From positions 64,001 to 128,000 of the forward strand of contig CAVQRZ010000005.1 of assembly GCA_963715335.1 (NCBI GenBank): DNA of 64,000 nucleotides, in the 5' to 3' direction. Below the pieces are notes generated by a model. It made no database searches, had not been told where the DNA came from, and worked only from the letters and a program-made list of their open reading frames with translations. The position numbers were made by a program, and so were the translations under genes. Below are positions 38,132 through 49,414 of the stretch, piece after piece. The DNA comes from an uncultured delta proteobacterium (GTDB lineage: Bacteria > Desulfobacterota > Desulfuromonadia > Desulfuromonadales > BM103). Each line of letters starts with the position of its first letter. Within the stretch, counting starts at the first letter, position 1.

Positions 38132-40009
38132 CTATTTATCGGCCAGTGCCTCCCTGACCTTAGCAGCGACCCCGCTGGCATTCAGGCCGTAACGTTCCCT
38201 CAGTTCAGCCTGGCTGCCCTGTTCAACGAATTTGTCCGGCAGGCCAATACGCCTGACAGGCACGTGGACCCCCTCGTCACAAAAGAGCTCCAACACGGCT
38301 GAGCCGAAGCCTCCCCGGAGCGCATTCTCTTCTGCGGTAATCACACAACCGGTCCTTGTCGCTTCGGCAACCAGCAGGTCTCTGTCCAGTGGTTTAAGGA
38401 ACACCGGATCGACGACCGCGACACCTATGCCTTCGGCTTCGAGAAGCTCTGCTGCTGCCATCGCCTCAGGAACCTGGGTGCCAAGGGCGAAGATGACACA
38501 ATCATTGCCGTCGCGAAGTTTATCCCCCTTGCCGATCACAAGCGCTGCAGCTGCTTCCTCGGCAACACCTGTTCCCGTGCCACGGGGATACCTGAAAGCA
38601 AAGGGGCCATCAAAACCCAGTGCTGTCGCCACAGCGTGACGCAGATAATTCTCGTCACGCGGAACCATGAACACCAGGTTCGGGATATGCCGGAGGTAAG
38701 AGTAATCGAATACACCATGGTGGGTCGGCCCATCGGCCCCGACAAGACCGCCACGGTCGAGGGCAAAGGTGACTGGCAGCTTTTGCAGGCAGACATCGTG
38801 CAGAACACTGTCATAGGCCCGCTGTAAAAAAGTCGAATAAATTGCGACAAACGGTTTAAGCCCGCGGCTGGCGATACCGGCGGCAAAGGTCACGGCATGC
38901 TGTTCGGCAATCCCAACGTCGAAAAAGCGCTCCGGATATTGTTCGGCAAACGCTTTCAGTCCGGTCCCTTCGAGCATGGCAGCCGTGATCGCAATGATCC
39001 GGTCATCATGCGCCGCCATTTCAGTCATCACATCACCGAAGACCTTGGTATAACTGGGTGGACCGCTGCTCTTTTTCACCTCTCCGGTAGCCTGGTCAAA
39101 CGGGCCGACGCCATGGTAAATATGCGGGTTCTCTTCGGCGGGAGCGTAGCCCTTGCCTTTTTTGGTGACCACGTGCATCAGGATCGGGCCATCCATATGA
39201 GTTATATTTTCAAGGGTCTGAATCAGTTCATCTAGCTTGTGGCCATCGATCGGGCCGACGTAGTCAAAATCAAACGCCTCGAAAAGCATTCCCGGGGTCA
39301 GAAACCCCTTGACGGCCTCTTCGGCCTTTTTCGCCAAGCGTCTGAGGTCCTTGCCAACCTTCGGCACGCTATCAAGGAAATGCTCGGTTTCCCGTTTTAG
39401 TCGTACGAAAAAATCGGACGTCAACTGTCGACTGAAAAAAGAAGAAAGCGCGCCGACGTTGGGTGAAATTGACATTTCATTATCATTGAGAATGACAAGC
39501 AGGTCTTTTTTGAGATGACCGGCTTGGTTGAGTGACTCGAAAGCCAGTCCGGCGGTTAGCGAACCGTCACCGATCACTGCGACAACCCGTTCATCACCAC
39601 CCCTGGCGTCCCGAGCCGTTGCAATGCCGAGGGCTGCGGCAATCGAGGTGCTGGAGTGGCCGACATCAAAGCAGTCATGAGGACTCTCGGCACGCTTGGG
39701 AAAGCCGCTAAGGCCGTCGAGCTGACGCAGGGTATGGAACTGTTCATATCGACCGGTCAAGAGTTTGTGTGCGTAAGCCTGGTGCCCAACATCCCAGACG
39801 ATCTTGTCGGTAGGGGAGTTGAAAACCCGGTGCAAAGCAATAGTCAGTTCAACAACCCCCAAGGAACTGGCCAGATGGCCACCGTTTGCTGCGACAGTCC
39901 GCACGATAACCTCACGCAGCTCTTCCGCCACCTGCGGGAGTTCCGCGATCGGGAGTTCCTTGAGGAAAGCAATGGGATCTTCAAGCTTCAGGATGTCTGT
40001 CATGTTCAT
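38132..40009 (-). CDS. dxs: 1-deoxy-D-xylulose-5-phosphate synthase
   Basis: [21 protein letters not shown]...[26 protein letters not shown]. Confidence 0.97.
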   Translation of the reverse strand: MNMTDILKLEDPIAFLKELPIAELPQVAEELREVIVRTVAANGGHLASSLGVVELTIALHRVFNSPTDKIVWDVGHQAYAHKLLTGRYEQFHTLRQLDGLSGFPKRAESPHDCFDVGHSSTSIAAALGIATARDARGGDERVVAVIGDGSLTAGLAFESLNQAGHLKKDLLVILNDNEMSISPNVGALSSFFSRQLTSDFFVRLKRETEHFLDSVPKVGKDLRRLAKKAEEAVKGFLTPGMLFEAFDFDYVGPIDGHKLDELIQTLENITHMDGPILMHVVTKKGKGYAPAEENPHIYHGVGPFDQATGEVKKSSGPPSYTKVFGDVMTEMAAHDDRIIAITAAMLEGTGLKAFAEQYPERFFDVGIAEQHAVTFAAGIASRGLKPFVAIYSTFLQRAYDSVLHDVCLQKLPVTFALDRGGLVGADGPTHHGVFDYSYLRHIPNLVFMVPRDENYLRHAVATALGFDGPFAFRYPRGTGTGVAEEAAAALVIGKGDKLRDGNDCVIFALGTQVPEAMAAAELLEAEGIGVAVVDPVFLKPLDRDLLVAEATRTGCVITAEENALRGGFGSAVLELFCDEGVHVPVRRIGLPDKFVEQGSQAELRERYGLNASGVAAKVREALADK

Positions 40010-40021
40010 CACACTTACATT

Positions 40022-40912
40022 TCAGTTGTTTCGATTGACAATGTAGCGAGCCAGCTCCTGCAAGATTTCCGCAGGCTCACCTAAAGGAGCCAGCGCAGCA
40101 ACGGCAATTTCGCAAAGCTCGTCGGCTCGTTGTCGCGCTTCATCAAGACCGAGCACCGCCGGGTAAGTCGCCTTACCTCGGGCCTGGTCGCTACCGACAT
40201 CCTTACCAAGTTGCGCCTGGTCACCAACGACATCCAGAATATCATCTGCTATCTGAAAAGCCAATCCAGCAGCACCGCCGAACCGTTTTATAGCCTTGAT
40301 TTCTGCATCATTGGCGCCGGCCAATAAAGCTCCGACCTGGACTGAGGCCAGAATCAGGCCACCCGTTTTGTGCGTATGGATATATTCAAGAGTCGGGAAG
40401 TCAATTTCCTTCCCCTCCGATTCCATGTCCACCACCTGTCCGCCAACCATCCCCTGGGAGCCCGCGTAGCGTGCCACGAGCTCGATCACCTTGAGAGCCC
40501 TGGCCGGTGGAATTGACAAATTGGCCTCGGTATCGGCAAGCAGGCGAAAAGCTTCTGTCAGCAAGGCGTCTCCGGCGAGAATAGCGGTCGCCTCGCCGTG
40601 CACCTTGTGGTTGGTCGGGCGTCCGCGCCGGAAATCATCATCATCCATAGCCGGCAGGTCATCATGGACCAGTGAGTAGGTATGGATCATCTCCATTGCA
40701 CAGGCAGCATGCAGCACCTGCCGGGCGTGACCGCCAACCGCTTCACAGGCAGCAATCATCAGGATCGGGCGCAGGCGCTTGCCTCCGGCAAAAACCGAAT
40801 ATCGCATAGCCTGGTGCAGGGAGCGAGGTAAAACGTCCTCACCCGGCAACCACCGCTCCAACCCCTGATCTACAAGTGCAGAGCGATTTTGCAGGTAATC
40901 CTTGAGGTCCAT
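40022..40912 (-). CDS. ispA: Farnesyl diphosphate synthase
   Basis: GGKRLRP, HDDLPAMDDDDFRRG, FQIADDILD. Confidence 0.95.
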   Translation of the reverse strand: MDLKDYLQNRSALVDQGLERWLPGEDVLPRSLHQAMRYSVFAGGKRLRPILMIAACEAVGGHARQVLHAACAMEMIHTYSLVHDDLPAMDDDDFRRGRPTNHKVHGEATAILAGDALLTEAFRLLADTEANLSIPPARALKVIELVARYAGSQGMVGGQVVDMESEGKEIDFPTLEYIHTHKTGGLILASVQVGALLAGANDAEIKAIKRFGGAAGLAFQIADDILDVVGDQAQLGKDVGSDQARGKATYPAVLGLDEARQRADELCEIAVAALAPLGEPAEILQELARYIVNRNN

Positions 40913-40920
40913 GGCAAGGC

Positions 40921-41160
40921 TCAGTCCTGATCGTCTTTGCCGTTGAATACTTCTGTCACCAATTCCCCCCCCGCGCCTTTTGTCAGGGTTTCAATACGGC
41001 TTTCAACCACCTGAAGCTTTTGCCGGCACAGATTGGCACTAAGCACTCCTGCTTCGAAACAATCGAGAGCTTCATCGAGAGGTATCTGCCCTTTCTCCAG
41101 CCTGACAACAGCTTCCTCGAGATTTTTCAGCGCCTGCTCAAATGTCGTCTCTTCCGACAT
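40921..41160 (-). CDS. xseB: Exodeoxyribonuclease VII small subunit
   Basis: TFEQAL..LE..V.RLE.G..PLDEAL..FE.G; RBS GGAG before MSEETT. Confidence 0.9.
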   Translation of the reverse strand: MSEETTFEQALKNLEEAVVRLEKGQIPLDEALDCFEAGVLSANLCRQKLQVVESRIETLTKGAGGELVTEVFNGKDDQD

Positions 41161-41236
41161 CCTGACTCCTTTCCTGTGCGTTGGAACGCAACGAATCGAT
41201 GTAAAACACCACGCTATCAACGTTGTGTCAAGAAAC

Positions 41237-42073
41237 TTATTCCATGAATGCCGCCAGCAACGCAAGGGGGTCAATCCGCTCCGACAAGAGCCTCACTGTA
41301 AGATGAAGATGCGCCCCCGTGGAACGCCCGGTGCTGCCGACCTTACCAAGCACATCACCGACAAGGAGTTCGTGCCCCTGGTCGACCAGAATCTCCGAAA
41401 GATGTGCGTAAAGCGAAAACAACCCTTCACCGTGATCGACAACCACGGTCTGCCCGGTGTAAAACAGATCGGCAACCATGATCACCCGGCCGTTGCTGAT
41501 CGAACGGACCGGCGTACCGTCCGGGCTGCGAAAGTCGGTTCCGCTGTGTGGTGCCCTTGGTTCGCCATTCATGAGCCTGCGCTTGCCAAAAACGCTGCTG
41601 ACCTCTTCATCAACCGGCCTTGCAAATTGCGTCCATAACCGTGGTGACTTCACAGCGAAAACTTCGCTGAGTTGTTTGCTCTCCCGGTCGATTCGGGCCA
41701 GGCTTTGCGCATCTGGAGAGACCATATTCTTCGGCAACGTCAACTGTTCGAGGGGGCGCTCCTTGTGGCCGACATGCAGTTGCAGCTCTTCCGTAGCAGT
41801 CCGGCCCTGTTGGTCAACCAGTGCCACCAGCAGAGGGTAATATCCCTCGGCGACTTCAAGCCCGATCGGTAACAAGGCAATGGCTCCGCTACGGTCCGGG
41901 TAGAGGTAGATGACACTGTCCATGAAGCGGACCACGCCGAAGGAAAGCGGCTCGCCTTGCCAGCGCAGCACAGAGACCCCGCCATTATCGACTTGAGCAG
42001 GGTGCAGAGCCAGTTCAGCCCGAACCGGCACCGAGGTGATCAACAACAGGACAAAAAGAGCAAGGAGGCGCAT
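41237..42073 (-). CDS. M23 family metallopeptidase
   Basis: HSGTD (HxxxD), YAHL, STGAHLH. Confidence 0.92.
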   Translation of the reverse strand: MRLLALFVLLLITSVPVRAELALHPAQVDNGGVSVLRWQGEPLSFGVVRFMDSVIYLYPDRSGAIALLPIGLEVAEGYYPLLVALVDQQGRTATEELQLHVGHKERPLEQLTLPKNMVSPDAQSLARIDRESKQLSEVFAVKSPRLWTQFARPVDEEVSSVFGKRRLMNGEPRAPHSGTDFRSPDGTPVRSISNGRVIMVADLFYTGQTVVVDHGEGLFSLYAHLSEILVDQGHELLVGDVLGKVGSTGRSTGAHLHLTVRLLSERIDPLALLAAFME

Positions 42074-43272
42074 CAGCTTTCAACCTCCTCGACGCGAACG
42101 GCGACTCGGCCCCGGGAAAAGCGCAGCCAGAGTGAATCGCCCGCATCCAACCCTTTAGTTGAGGTCAGCCCGGCACCATCCCGGTCATGGCTGGCGATCA
42201 CAAAGCCACGATCAAGCTGCTGCAGCGGCGAAAGCGCATTGAGCCGGCCAGCAGAAACCGCCAGGCAATCCGTATACTGGCGCATCTTCGATCTGATTGC
42301 GATGACCAGGCGATTTTCCAGTTCGGTGATCACTTCCGGAAGGGCGGCAAAATCACGAGCATAAACTTTCAGCTGCCTTTCAAGCCCTGCCAGGCGTTCT
42401 GCAACCAGGCCAAGAGACTGATCGAGCCGGGCAGAGAGTCGAATCAGCAGATGGTCGAGATGAGCTTCCAGTTCCTGGCGATTTCTGGCAACCAGTTCAG
42501 CCGCAGCGCTCGGTGTCGGTGCTCGCAGGTCGGCGACAAAATCTGCGATGGTAAAGTCTGTCTCGTGCCCGACGGCGGAGATGACCGGTACCGCAGAGCC
42601 TGCAATTGCACGCGCGACGACCTCCTCATTGAAAGCCCAGAGGTCTTCGATTGAGCCGCCGCCGCGGCCGACAATCAGGACATCCAGGCCGCCATGGCGA
42701 TTCAGTGCACTGATTGCCTCGGCGATTTCCTCTGCAGCGCCATCGCCCTGGACCCTGACCGGGCACAGCAGCAGGTGGACATCGGGTGCACGACGCTGCA
42801 TGACATTGAGAATATCCTGGATCGCGGCACCGGATGCAGAAGTAACGATACCGACTGAGCGGGGGAACTGCGGCAACGCCCGTTTGCGTTCCACAGAGAA
42901 CAGGCCCTCCTCAGCGAGCCTCGCCTTGAGTGCTTCAAAGGCGACCTGCAAATCACCCTGACCGCCAACAACCAGAGTATCGACGACCATCTGCAACTCG
43001 CCGCGCGCAGAATAAACCGTCACCGTACCGGAACAGACGACCTGAACGCCGTCGCTTGGCAAACCTCCCGCCAAACGGTTGCGGCCCCGGAACATGACCC
43101 CGCGCAGTTGGGCATGGCTGTCCTTTAGCGTGAAATACCAATGACCGGAAGCCGGAGCCGCGAAATTCGAGATTTCACCTTCCACTGTCACAGTGACAAA
43201 GTTGGTTTCCACAACCTCCTGCAACAACCCAACCAGGCCGCTTACCGATAACTTTCCGTGCAGATCAGACAC
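42073..43272 (-). CDS. xseA: Exodeoxyribonuclease VII large subunit
   Basis: GEISN..SGHWYFTLKD, RGGGSIEDLWAFN, GHETD, RAPTPSAA. Confidence 0.96.
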   Translation of the reverse strand: MSDLHGKLSVSGLVGLLQEVVETNFVTVTVEGEISNFAAPASGHWYFTLKDSHAQLRGVMFRGRNRLAGGLPSDGVQVVCSGTVTVYSARGELQMVVDTLVVGGQGDLQVAFEALKARLAEEGLFSVERKRALPQFPRSVGIVTSASGAAIQDILNVMQRRAPDVHLLLCPVRVQGDGAAEEIAEAISALNRHGGLDVLIVGRGGGSIEDLWAFNEEVVARAIAGSAVPVISAVGHETDFTIADFVADLRAPTPSAAAELVARNRQELEAHLDHLLIRLSARLDQSLGLVAERLAGLERQLKVYARDFAALPEVITELENRLVIAIRSKMRQYTDCLAVSAGRLNALSPLQQLDRGFVIASHDRDGAGLTSTKGLDAGDSLWLRFSRGRVAVRVEEVES

Positions 43273-43361
43273 GCAACAAACACCCCATATCTTGTGGTTT
43301 CATTTGACATTTTATTGACTTAACACTATATATTGGCGGACTTGAATTGCAAGGGAAGATC

Positions 43362-44762
43362 ATGTCCATACCATATATTGTTACCATTTCCAGTGAGAAA
43401 GGTGGCGTCGGCAAAACCACCCTGGCGACCAACCTGGCAATCTACCTGAAAGCCCTGCATGAGGATCTTCCGGTCACCTTGCTGAGCTTCGACAATCATT
43501 TCTCCGTCGACCAGATGTTCCGTATCAACAAGCAAACGGTGCAAGGGGATGTGGGCGACCTCTTTACCGGCAGCAATCCTGACCGCCTGGTTGAAACCGG
43601 AGAATATGGCGTGCAGTTCATCCCGTCGAGCAAGCAACTACACACCCTGCGTCGCGAGCTGGATGACCCCTCAGCCCTGGCCAGGGCTTTCGTCAAATCC
43701 TCCCTCGAGGGGATCATTATAATAGATACGCGCCCCGACCTGGACATTTTTACCCAGAGCGCCCTGTTTGCGGCAGACCGGGTCATCGTGCCGGTCAAAG
43801 ACGCACCATCGATGGACAATTGCAGGCACATCTACGATTTCTTCGACACCCATGGCCTGTCACGTCGGCCATTGCGTATTCTGCCCTGTCTGGTCGATGG
43901 CCGCATCCACTATGAGGGGCCGTTCCGCGATCCGTACCAGCTATTGAAAGCTTACGCCATCAATCGCGGCTACCGTTGCCTGGAAGGCTATATAGCCAAG
44001 AGCCCGAAGGTTGAATCACTCAACACCAACCCTGAAGGCAAAATATACCCGATCCTCACGCACGGTCGTCAGACTGATGTCCATGTCCAGATGACGCATA
44101 TTGCCCGGCAGGTCTACCTCAGCGCCAAAGAAGCCGAGACCCGACGCCTGACCGAGTACAGCACAGACATGGCTCACGCCGAAGAGGAACATCTGAGTTC
44201 GTACGAGGCCAGATTCAGCAACCTGGCAACCGGCTGCATGGTGTGCGGCAATCCTTTGCTTGAAAATGGCCGAATCGGGCAGGTCGGTTATTTTGCCCAG
44301 AGTTCTGACCAGAAGATCGCTGGCTTTATCGAGGAAGAGTGTTTTGCCGGCCTGGCTTTTCGCTACTTCTATGGTGCGAAGCGCGTCGTTGAGACCCAGG
44401 ATCCGATCTGGGACCTGTTCCGTGAATCGGCACAACGCTCCTATTTCGTCCTGCAACGTGCACCGCACACACGTAATTTCTACCTGCAGAAACTGTCCTT
44501 CTACCGCTTTGACGAAAACGGCCTGGAAGTGTCACACAAAACCATTGAACTCCAGGAATTCGAAAAACGACTGCTTGCCAAGGAACGTTCCGACCTGTTC
44601 CCGCTGCTCGAACGAACTCTGTTTGATGAGCAAGGCCGTTTGGGGGAGGCGTTTCTGCTCGTGCGCAAGGTCAGCTCCGACCTCCCGGAAGAAATCCTTT
44701 ACGATCAGAAGTTCGCCGGCTTTGCCAAGGCCATGGCCAAAGTCAGCACGCAGCTGCCATAG
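43362..44762 (+). CDS. ParA/MinD-family ATPase with long C-terminal extension
   Basis: SEKGGVGKTT deviant Walker A; IIIDT Walker B. Confidence 0.82.
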   Translation: MSIPYIVTISSEKGGVGKTTLATNLAIYLKALHEDLPVTLLSFDNHFSVDQMFRINKQTVQGDVGDLFTGSNPDRLVETGEYGVQFIPSSKQLHTLRRELDDPSALARAFVKSSLEGIIIIDTRPDLDIFTQSALFAADRVIVPVKDAPSMDNCRHIYDFFDTHGLSRRPLRILPCLVDGRIHYEGPFRDPYQLLKAYAINRGYRCLEGYIAKSPKVESLNTNPEGKIYPILTHGRQTDVHVQMTHIARQVYLSAKEAETRRLTEYSTDMAHAEEEHLSSYEARFSNLATGCMVCGNPLLENGRIGQVGYFAQSSDQKIAGFIEEECFAGLAFRYFYGAKRVVETQDPIWDLFRESAQRSYFVLQRAPHTRNFYLQKLSFYRFDENGLEVSHKTIELQEFEKRLLAKERSDLFPLLERTLFDEQGRLGEAFLLVRKVSSDLPEEILYDQKFAGFAKAMAKVSTQLP

Positions 44763-44825
44763 CAATCGCACTGGGTCTGCCGTGACAACTCCGCTGACAC
44801 CGCCATTTCAACCGCCACGGTCCGT

Positions 44826-45992
44826 CTACTGGGCACGTTCGATAATCCCGGTGATTGATGCCTGCTTCCGCAGCAGCACTGAGACAGGCACAACCGTGAT
44901 GCCCCGACCGCGCATCTCCGGCAACTCCCTGCGCAAGGCTTCAAGAGTCTCCGGATAGGGATGGCAGATCCCTATCGCCGCACCCTGTCTGCGAGCCTTG
45001 TTTTCCAGCCTCTTGATCTCCCGCACAATCGCGCCGACCTCGGCAACATTATCGAGGAATACATCACGATCCATTGTCGGCACACCGAAGTGGCGAGCGA
45101 CCTCCGTCACTCTTGATTGCCCGGTGGTTCGGCTATCGATAAAGAAGAGCCCTTTTTCCCGCAAAATTTCCATCACCGGGGAAAGCGCTCTGGCATCTTC
45201 GGTGAAGCGCGAGCCCATATGATTATTGGTGCCGGTCACATACGGGATCCTGGCAAGCAGAAGATCGAAACGGCGGCGGATTTCGGCATCGCTCTGTGCC
45301 ACAAACAACGCATCATCTCCCGGATCGACGGCGGGATATCCCTGCGGTTCCATCGGCACATGCAACATGACTTCGTGGTCTGCAGCGTGGGCTATCTGGG
45401 CGACTTGCACCGCATGAGGCTCACCGGGCAGAATCGCAAAAGTGATCGGTTCGGGAAAAGAGACCAGCATTTCGGCGGTGAGGGCACTGCGGCCAAGATC
45501 ATCCATAATGATGGTCATCAGTGGCCCATCGGGGAATTCAGGTAGCGGCGGTATGAAGTGAATGACTATCTGCGTCACCCGGGACTTTTCAACCGTCAGG
45601 GAATTCGCTTCGCGTAAGCGGATCGAATAATCTCCCGGTATTGTGCGCAGACGTTCTGCGAAACCGGCAATCAGATCAGGCGCAGGGAATTCGACAGCGA
45701 CAGAATAACGTGCCGGGGACTGATCGAGATCACGCTGAATGCTGCCGGGCTCAAGATCCATTGCGGCGAGCAGGGATTCGACTTCAGCGTGAACCTTGCC
45801 GGTATAGTCAACCGGTGGTTGTGTGCCCGGCGCGACGGCGGGTGGTTTGGGCTGCTCTTCCAGACGCGCCAGGAAGATCAGACTGATCAAGGCAAAAGCG
45901 GCAAGACCCAAAACCACGAACAGGCGTTGGTTTTTTTCTAAAAAACCAGGGCGCCGTTTTTTGGTACGGCGCCGTTTGGTTGATTTCGTCAT
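44826..45992 (-). CDS. Divergent polysaccharide deacetylase family protein
   Basis: IIMDDLG, HVPMEP, NNHMGS, DSRT, RDVFLDN, ICHP. Confidence 0.9.
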   Translation of the reverse strand: MTKSTKRRRTKKRRPGFLEKNQRLFVVLGLAAFALISLIFLARLEEQPKPPAVAPGTQPPVDYTGKVHAEVESLLAAMDLEPGSIQRDLDQSPARYSVAVEFPAPDLIAGFAERLRTIPGDYSIRLREANSLTVEKSRVTQIVIHFIPPLPEFPDGPLMTIIMDDLGRSALTAEMLVSFPEPITFAILPGEPHAVQVAQIAHAADHEVMLHVPMEPQGYPAVDPGDDALFVAQSDAEIRRRFDLLLARIPYVTGTNNHMGSRFTEDARALSPVMEILREKGLFFIDSRTTGQSRVTEVARHFGVPTMDRDVFLDNVAEVGAIVREIKRLENKARRQGAAIGICHPYPETLEALRRELPEMRGRGITVVPVSVLLRKQASITGIIERAQ

Positions 45993-46024
45993 CGGCAACT
46001 CATCAAATCAGCAGCCAGGTCACA

Positions 46025-47326
46025 TCACGCGGCCTTCAACCCCTGAAAGATCCTCCACCCCTTGAGCAGGTCCAGTGCACGCAGCAACTGGAAATCTTTG
46101 CGGGTTTCTTCATCAAGCACCGGATCCTTTTTCTGCTCGACACCTGAAGCATTCCCCTCAATGTTGAAATGATTCTTCAGGTCCTTTTCGCGGAAGTGGT
46201 TGAAATCTTCCATTTCCTTGATTTCAATCTGCTGCACCTCGATGTCCGGAATAATCCCGCGGGCCTGGATCGAAGTTCCGTTCGGTGTGTAATACTTTGC
46301 CGTCGTCAGTCTCAGGCCGGAGTCATCGCTGAGCGGAATAATCGTCTGCACAGAACCCTTGCCAAAGCTCTGGGTCCCCATGATCACCGCGCGATCGTGG
46401 TCCTGCAGGGCGCCCGCAACGATTTCCGAAGCACTGGCACTACCACCGTTAATCAGCACGACGATCGGATAGTCAGGCTCTGTTCCGTTGCGCATGGCCG
46501 AAAATTCCATCTGTGCGTCATCCTCGCGACCCTTGGTGTACACGATCAGCCCGTCAGTCAGGAACTGATCGGAAACTTCAATAGCCTGATCGAGCAAGCC
46601 CCCGGGGTTATTACGTAAATCCAGCACCAGTCCTGCAAGTTTGCCGCTGTTCTCCTCACGCAAGGTGTCAAGGGCCTTCGCAAGATCGGGTCCCGTGCGT
46701 TCCTGAAACTGCGCGAGGCGAACATAACCGAAGCCCTTTTCCAGAGTCCTGGCCTTTACACTTTTGACCTTGATGACCTCGCGTGTGAGAGTGAATGATT
46801 GTGGTTTCTCGAATGACGACCGCATGATGGTGATTTCGATCTCTGTCCCGGCAACTCCACGCATGAGCTGCACCGCTTCCATGATTTTCATATCCTTGGT
46901 GAACTGGTCTGCTATTTTCAGGATATGATCACCGGCTTGCAGACCGGCCCGTGAGGCAGGAGTATCTTCAATTGGCGAAACAATTATCAAAAGCCCGTCA
47001 CGCAGTGAAATTTCGATGCCGAGACCGCCGAATTCGCCACGGGTGTCGACCTTCATCTCCTTGTAGATCTCGGGAGACATAAAACCGGAATGCGGGTCGA
47101 GGGAGGCGAGCATACCATCGATAGCCCCGTAGACCAGGTCTTTGATAGACACCTCTTCGACATAACTGCGCTTTACGATTGTCAGGACATCAGTAAAAAT
47201 CTGCAATTCCTGGTAATCCGAAGCCTCATCGGCCGCGGCAAGCGGGGGATGTCCGACGAACGCCACTCCGCATATCAGTAAAAGCAGTAACGCAAACATA
47301 AGAATGGTCGTCTTGTTTTTCAACAT
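46025..47326 (-). CDS. ctpA: S41 carboxyl-terminal protease
   Basis: LDPHS, PDZ domain, DLRNNPGG, SASASEI, FGKGSVQ. Confidence 0.93.
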   Translation of the reverse strand: MLKNKTTILMFALLLLLICGVAFVGHPPLAAADEASDYQELQIFTDVLTIVKRSYVEEVSIKDLVYGAIDGMLASLDPHSGFMSPEIYKEMKVDTRGEFGGLGIEISLRDGLLIIVSPIEDTPASRAGLQAGDHILKIADQFTKDMKIMEAVQLMRGVAGTEIEITIMRSSFEKPQSFTLTREVIKVKSVKARTLEKGFGYVRLAQFQERTGPDLAKALDTLREENSGKLAGLVLDLRNNPGGLLDQAIEVSDQFLTDGLIVYTKGREDDAQMEFSAMRNGTEPDYPIVVLINGGSASASEIVAGALQDHDRAVIMGTQSFGKGSVQTIIPLSDDSGLRLTTAKYYTPNGTSIQARGIIPDIEVQQIEIKEMEDFNHFREKDLKNHFNIEGNASGVEQKKDPVLDEETRKDFQLLRALDLLKGWRIFQGLKAA

Positions 47327-47342
47327 GCTCTCCTCCGTAACC

Positions 47343-48512
47343 TCAGCGCGGCTTCAGCCAGTCGCCGGGGTTGAGGGGTTTTCCCCCTTGGCGAATTTCA
47401 AAATAGACCGCATCACGGCCCTCGTAGCCGGAGTAGGCAATCACCTCGGCGGCGGCCACCGGGTCTCCAACTTGCTTGGTAAAGCGTTCCATATGTGCAT
47501 ACAGGGTATAGTACTTGCTGCCATGATCAACAATCATCAACTTGCCATAGCCACGCAAACTGTTGGCAAAAATCACTTTCCCACTGGCGGCAGCGTTGAC
47601 GGGGGTCCCGACAGCCGTCTCAATATCAAAGCCATGGCTTTCGATGAGAGTTCCCAGGTCACCATGACGGCTGGTGCCGAAACCGACCCTGAGTTTGCCG
47701 GGAACGGGCCAGAGAAGACGTCCTTTTTGCGACAGGAACCCTTGTCGATTTTCAGTATAGGGTTGCACCTGATCCGTTTCAAGTTTTTTGACCAGTTCGT
47801 TGAGCCGGGTCGCTTTGGCGCGCAAGCCCTGCAGCAACTTCTCGAGCGATTTGGCATCCTGCGTCACTTCTGTCAACAGGACCTTCTTGCTTCTCCTCGC
47901 TTTTTGCAGGGTTTCCTGCTCCCTGTTTCGCCTCAGAACCACAGCCGACTGCTTTTTCTCCATCACCTCAAGATCGTCAAGTCCGGCACGATGTTCCTGC
48001 ATCTGCATCCGGTATTGATCGAGCAAATCGCGATCATGACGGACCATCCTGGACAGGAACGCATATTTCTCGGCTATGTCGCGAGGGCTCTCCGTTTCGG
48101 CAAGCAAAGCCCTGATCAAACCGACCTCGCCGGTCTTGTAAAGGACAACCAGACGGCTCCGGATCTGCTGTTCAGTCTGGTCACGCGAAGCATCAAGCTT
48201 TTCCAGGGCATTGCGTTTAAGCTTAATTTGCGCCTGTAATTCGGCCAATTGCTGTTGACTTTTTCTTTCCAGCCTCTCGATGCGGCGCACTTCGGCGGTC
48301 AGGCGCTCGAGATCCTCCGCCAACGCGCCCCCTTCGGACTGTTTGTTCCGCAAACCCTCAAGGGTCGTCCTGATCTGCCTCTGGAGCTTATCAAGGCGCT
48401 CACGACTCTCATCCAGTTCATCCGCAGCGGATGCCATCCCCGGATGCAATACCAGCGAGACAATCAACAGCCGCAGCAGCATATTTGCCATGATGCCAGT
48501 GAATCGCTTCAT
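47343..48512 (-). CDS. envC: Murein hydrolase activator EnvC-like
   Basis: Signal peptide, long coiled coil, degenerate M23 domain; downstream of ftsEX. Confidence 0.85.
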   Translation of the reverse strand: MKRFTGIMANMLLRLLIVSLVLHPGMASAADELDESRERLDKLQRQIRTTLEGLRNKQSEGGALAEDLERLTAEVRRIERLERKSQQQLAELQAQIKLKRNALEKLDASRDQTEQQIRSRLVVLYKTGEVGLIRALLAETESPRDIAEKYAFLSRMVRHDRDLLDQYRMQMQEHRAGLDDLEVMEKKQSAVVLRRNREQETLQKARRSKKVLLTEVTQDAKSLEKLLQGLRAKATRLNELVKKLETDQVQPYTENRQGFLSQKGRLLWPVPGKLRVGFGTSRHGDLGTLIESHGFDIETAVGTPVNAAASGKVIFANSLRGYGKLMIVDHGSKYYTLYAHMERFTKQVGDPVAAAEVIAYSGYEGRDAVYFEIRQGGKPLNPGDWLKPR

Positions 48513-49414
48513 GAGGCTCCGAAACGAACGAACTTGCGAAGCGCAAACAGGCTGCCCAACAGGCCGATCAGACCACCACCAACGATCAGCAACACCTGCC
48601 AGATGACCGGCAGGAAATGGATCGTGTCGATTCCGGTAATCAGCAGCAGGCTGCCCAGACTCTTTTGCAGGACAATCTCGAAAACCACGAAGCTCAAGCC
48701 GAGGGCGGTCAAGCCGCCGAGAACTCCCTGGATAGCCCCTTCCACCAGAAACGGCAATTTGATAAACAGTGCGGTGGCACCAACCATCGCCATCGCCTCG
48801 AGTTCATCCTGGCGCGCATAAAGGGTCAATTTGATCGTGTTGGCAACTATCACCAGCGCCGCGAAAACCAGGAAGCCTCCCAGCGTTGCACCGGACATTC
48901 TCAACAGAAGCAGGAAGGCCTCAAGCTTCTCCAGCCAACCCTGACCATACTGCAAATCCGTAAACCGATGGTCCACACGCAAACGCTCGACCACTGCGGT
49001 CATTGCAAGTTCCTTTCGCGAGTCATCAGTCAGACTGATTTCAAGCGATGCCGGCAACACGTCAGGTCCAAGGCCCTCGACCAGTCCGGCATCGTCTCCG
49101 AGCCGTTTGCGAAACCGTTCGAAAGCCATATCACGAGAGACAAAGTGAACCTTCGCCACTTCGGGATATTGCTCGATATCCCTGATCCACTCCTTGACGA
49201 CACCTTCCTCGGGAACTTCATCCAGGTAGGCGACTATCGTCAGGGTTTCACCCCACGACGCGGTGAGTTGCTGGACATTCAGGACAGCGATGGCAAAAAA
49301 CGCCAGCAGGGCCAGGGCGACCGCAATCGTGCCGACTGACGCCAGACTCAGCACAGGGCTCTGCCGCATGTTACGCAGTGCACGTCTGAAGAAATATCCA
49401 CCACGTAGGATCAT
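48509..49414 (-). CDS. ftsX: Cell division permease
   Basis: LPASLEI, NTIKLTLYAR..E...M..VGAT...I..PF..EG. Confidence 0.92.
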   Translation of the reverse strand: MILRGGYFFRRALRNMRQSPVLSLASVGTIAVALALLAFFAIAVLNVQQLTASWGETLTIVAYLDEVPEEGVVKEWIRDIEQYPEVAKVHFVSRDMAFERFRKRLGDDAGLVEGLGPDVLPASLEISLTDDSRKELAMTAVVERLRVDHRFTDLQYGQGWLEKLEAFLLLLRMSGATLGGFLVFAALVIVANTIKLTLYARQDELEAMAMVGATALFIKLPFLVEGAIQGVLGGLTALGLSFVVFEIVLQKSLGSLLLITGIDTIHFLPVIWQVLLIVGGGLIGLLGSLFALRKFVRFGAS

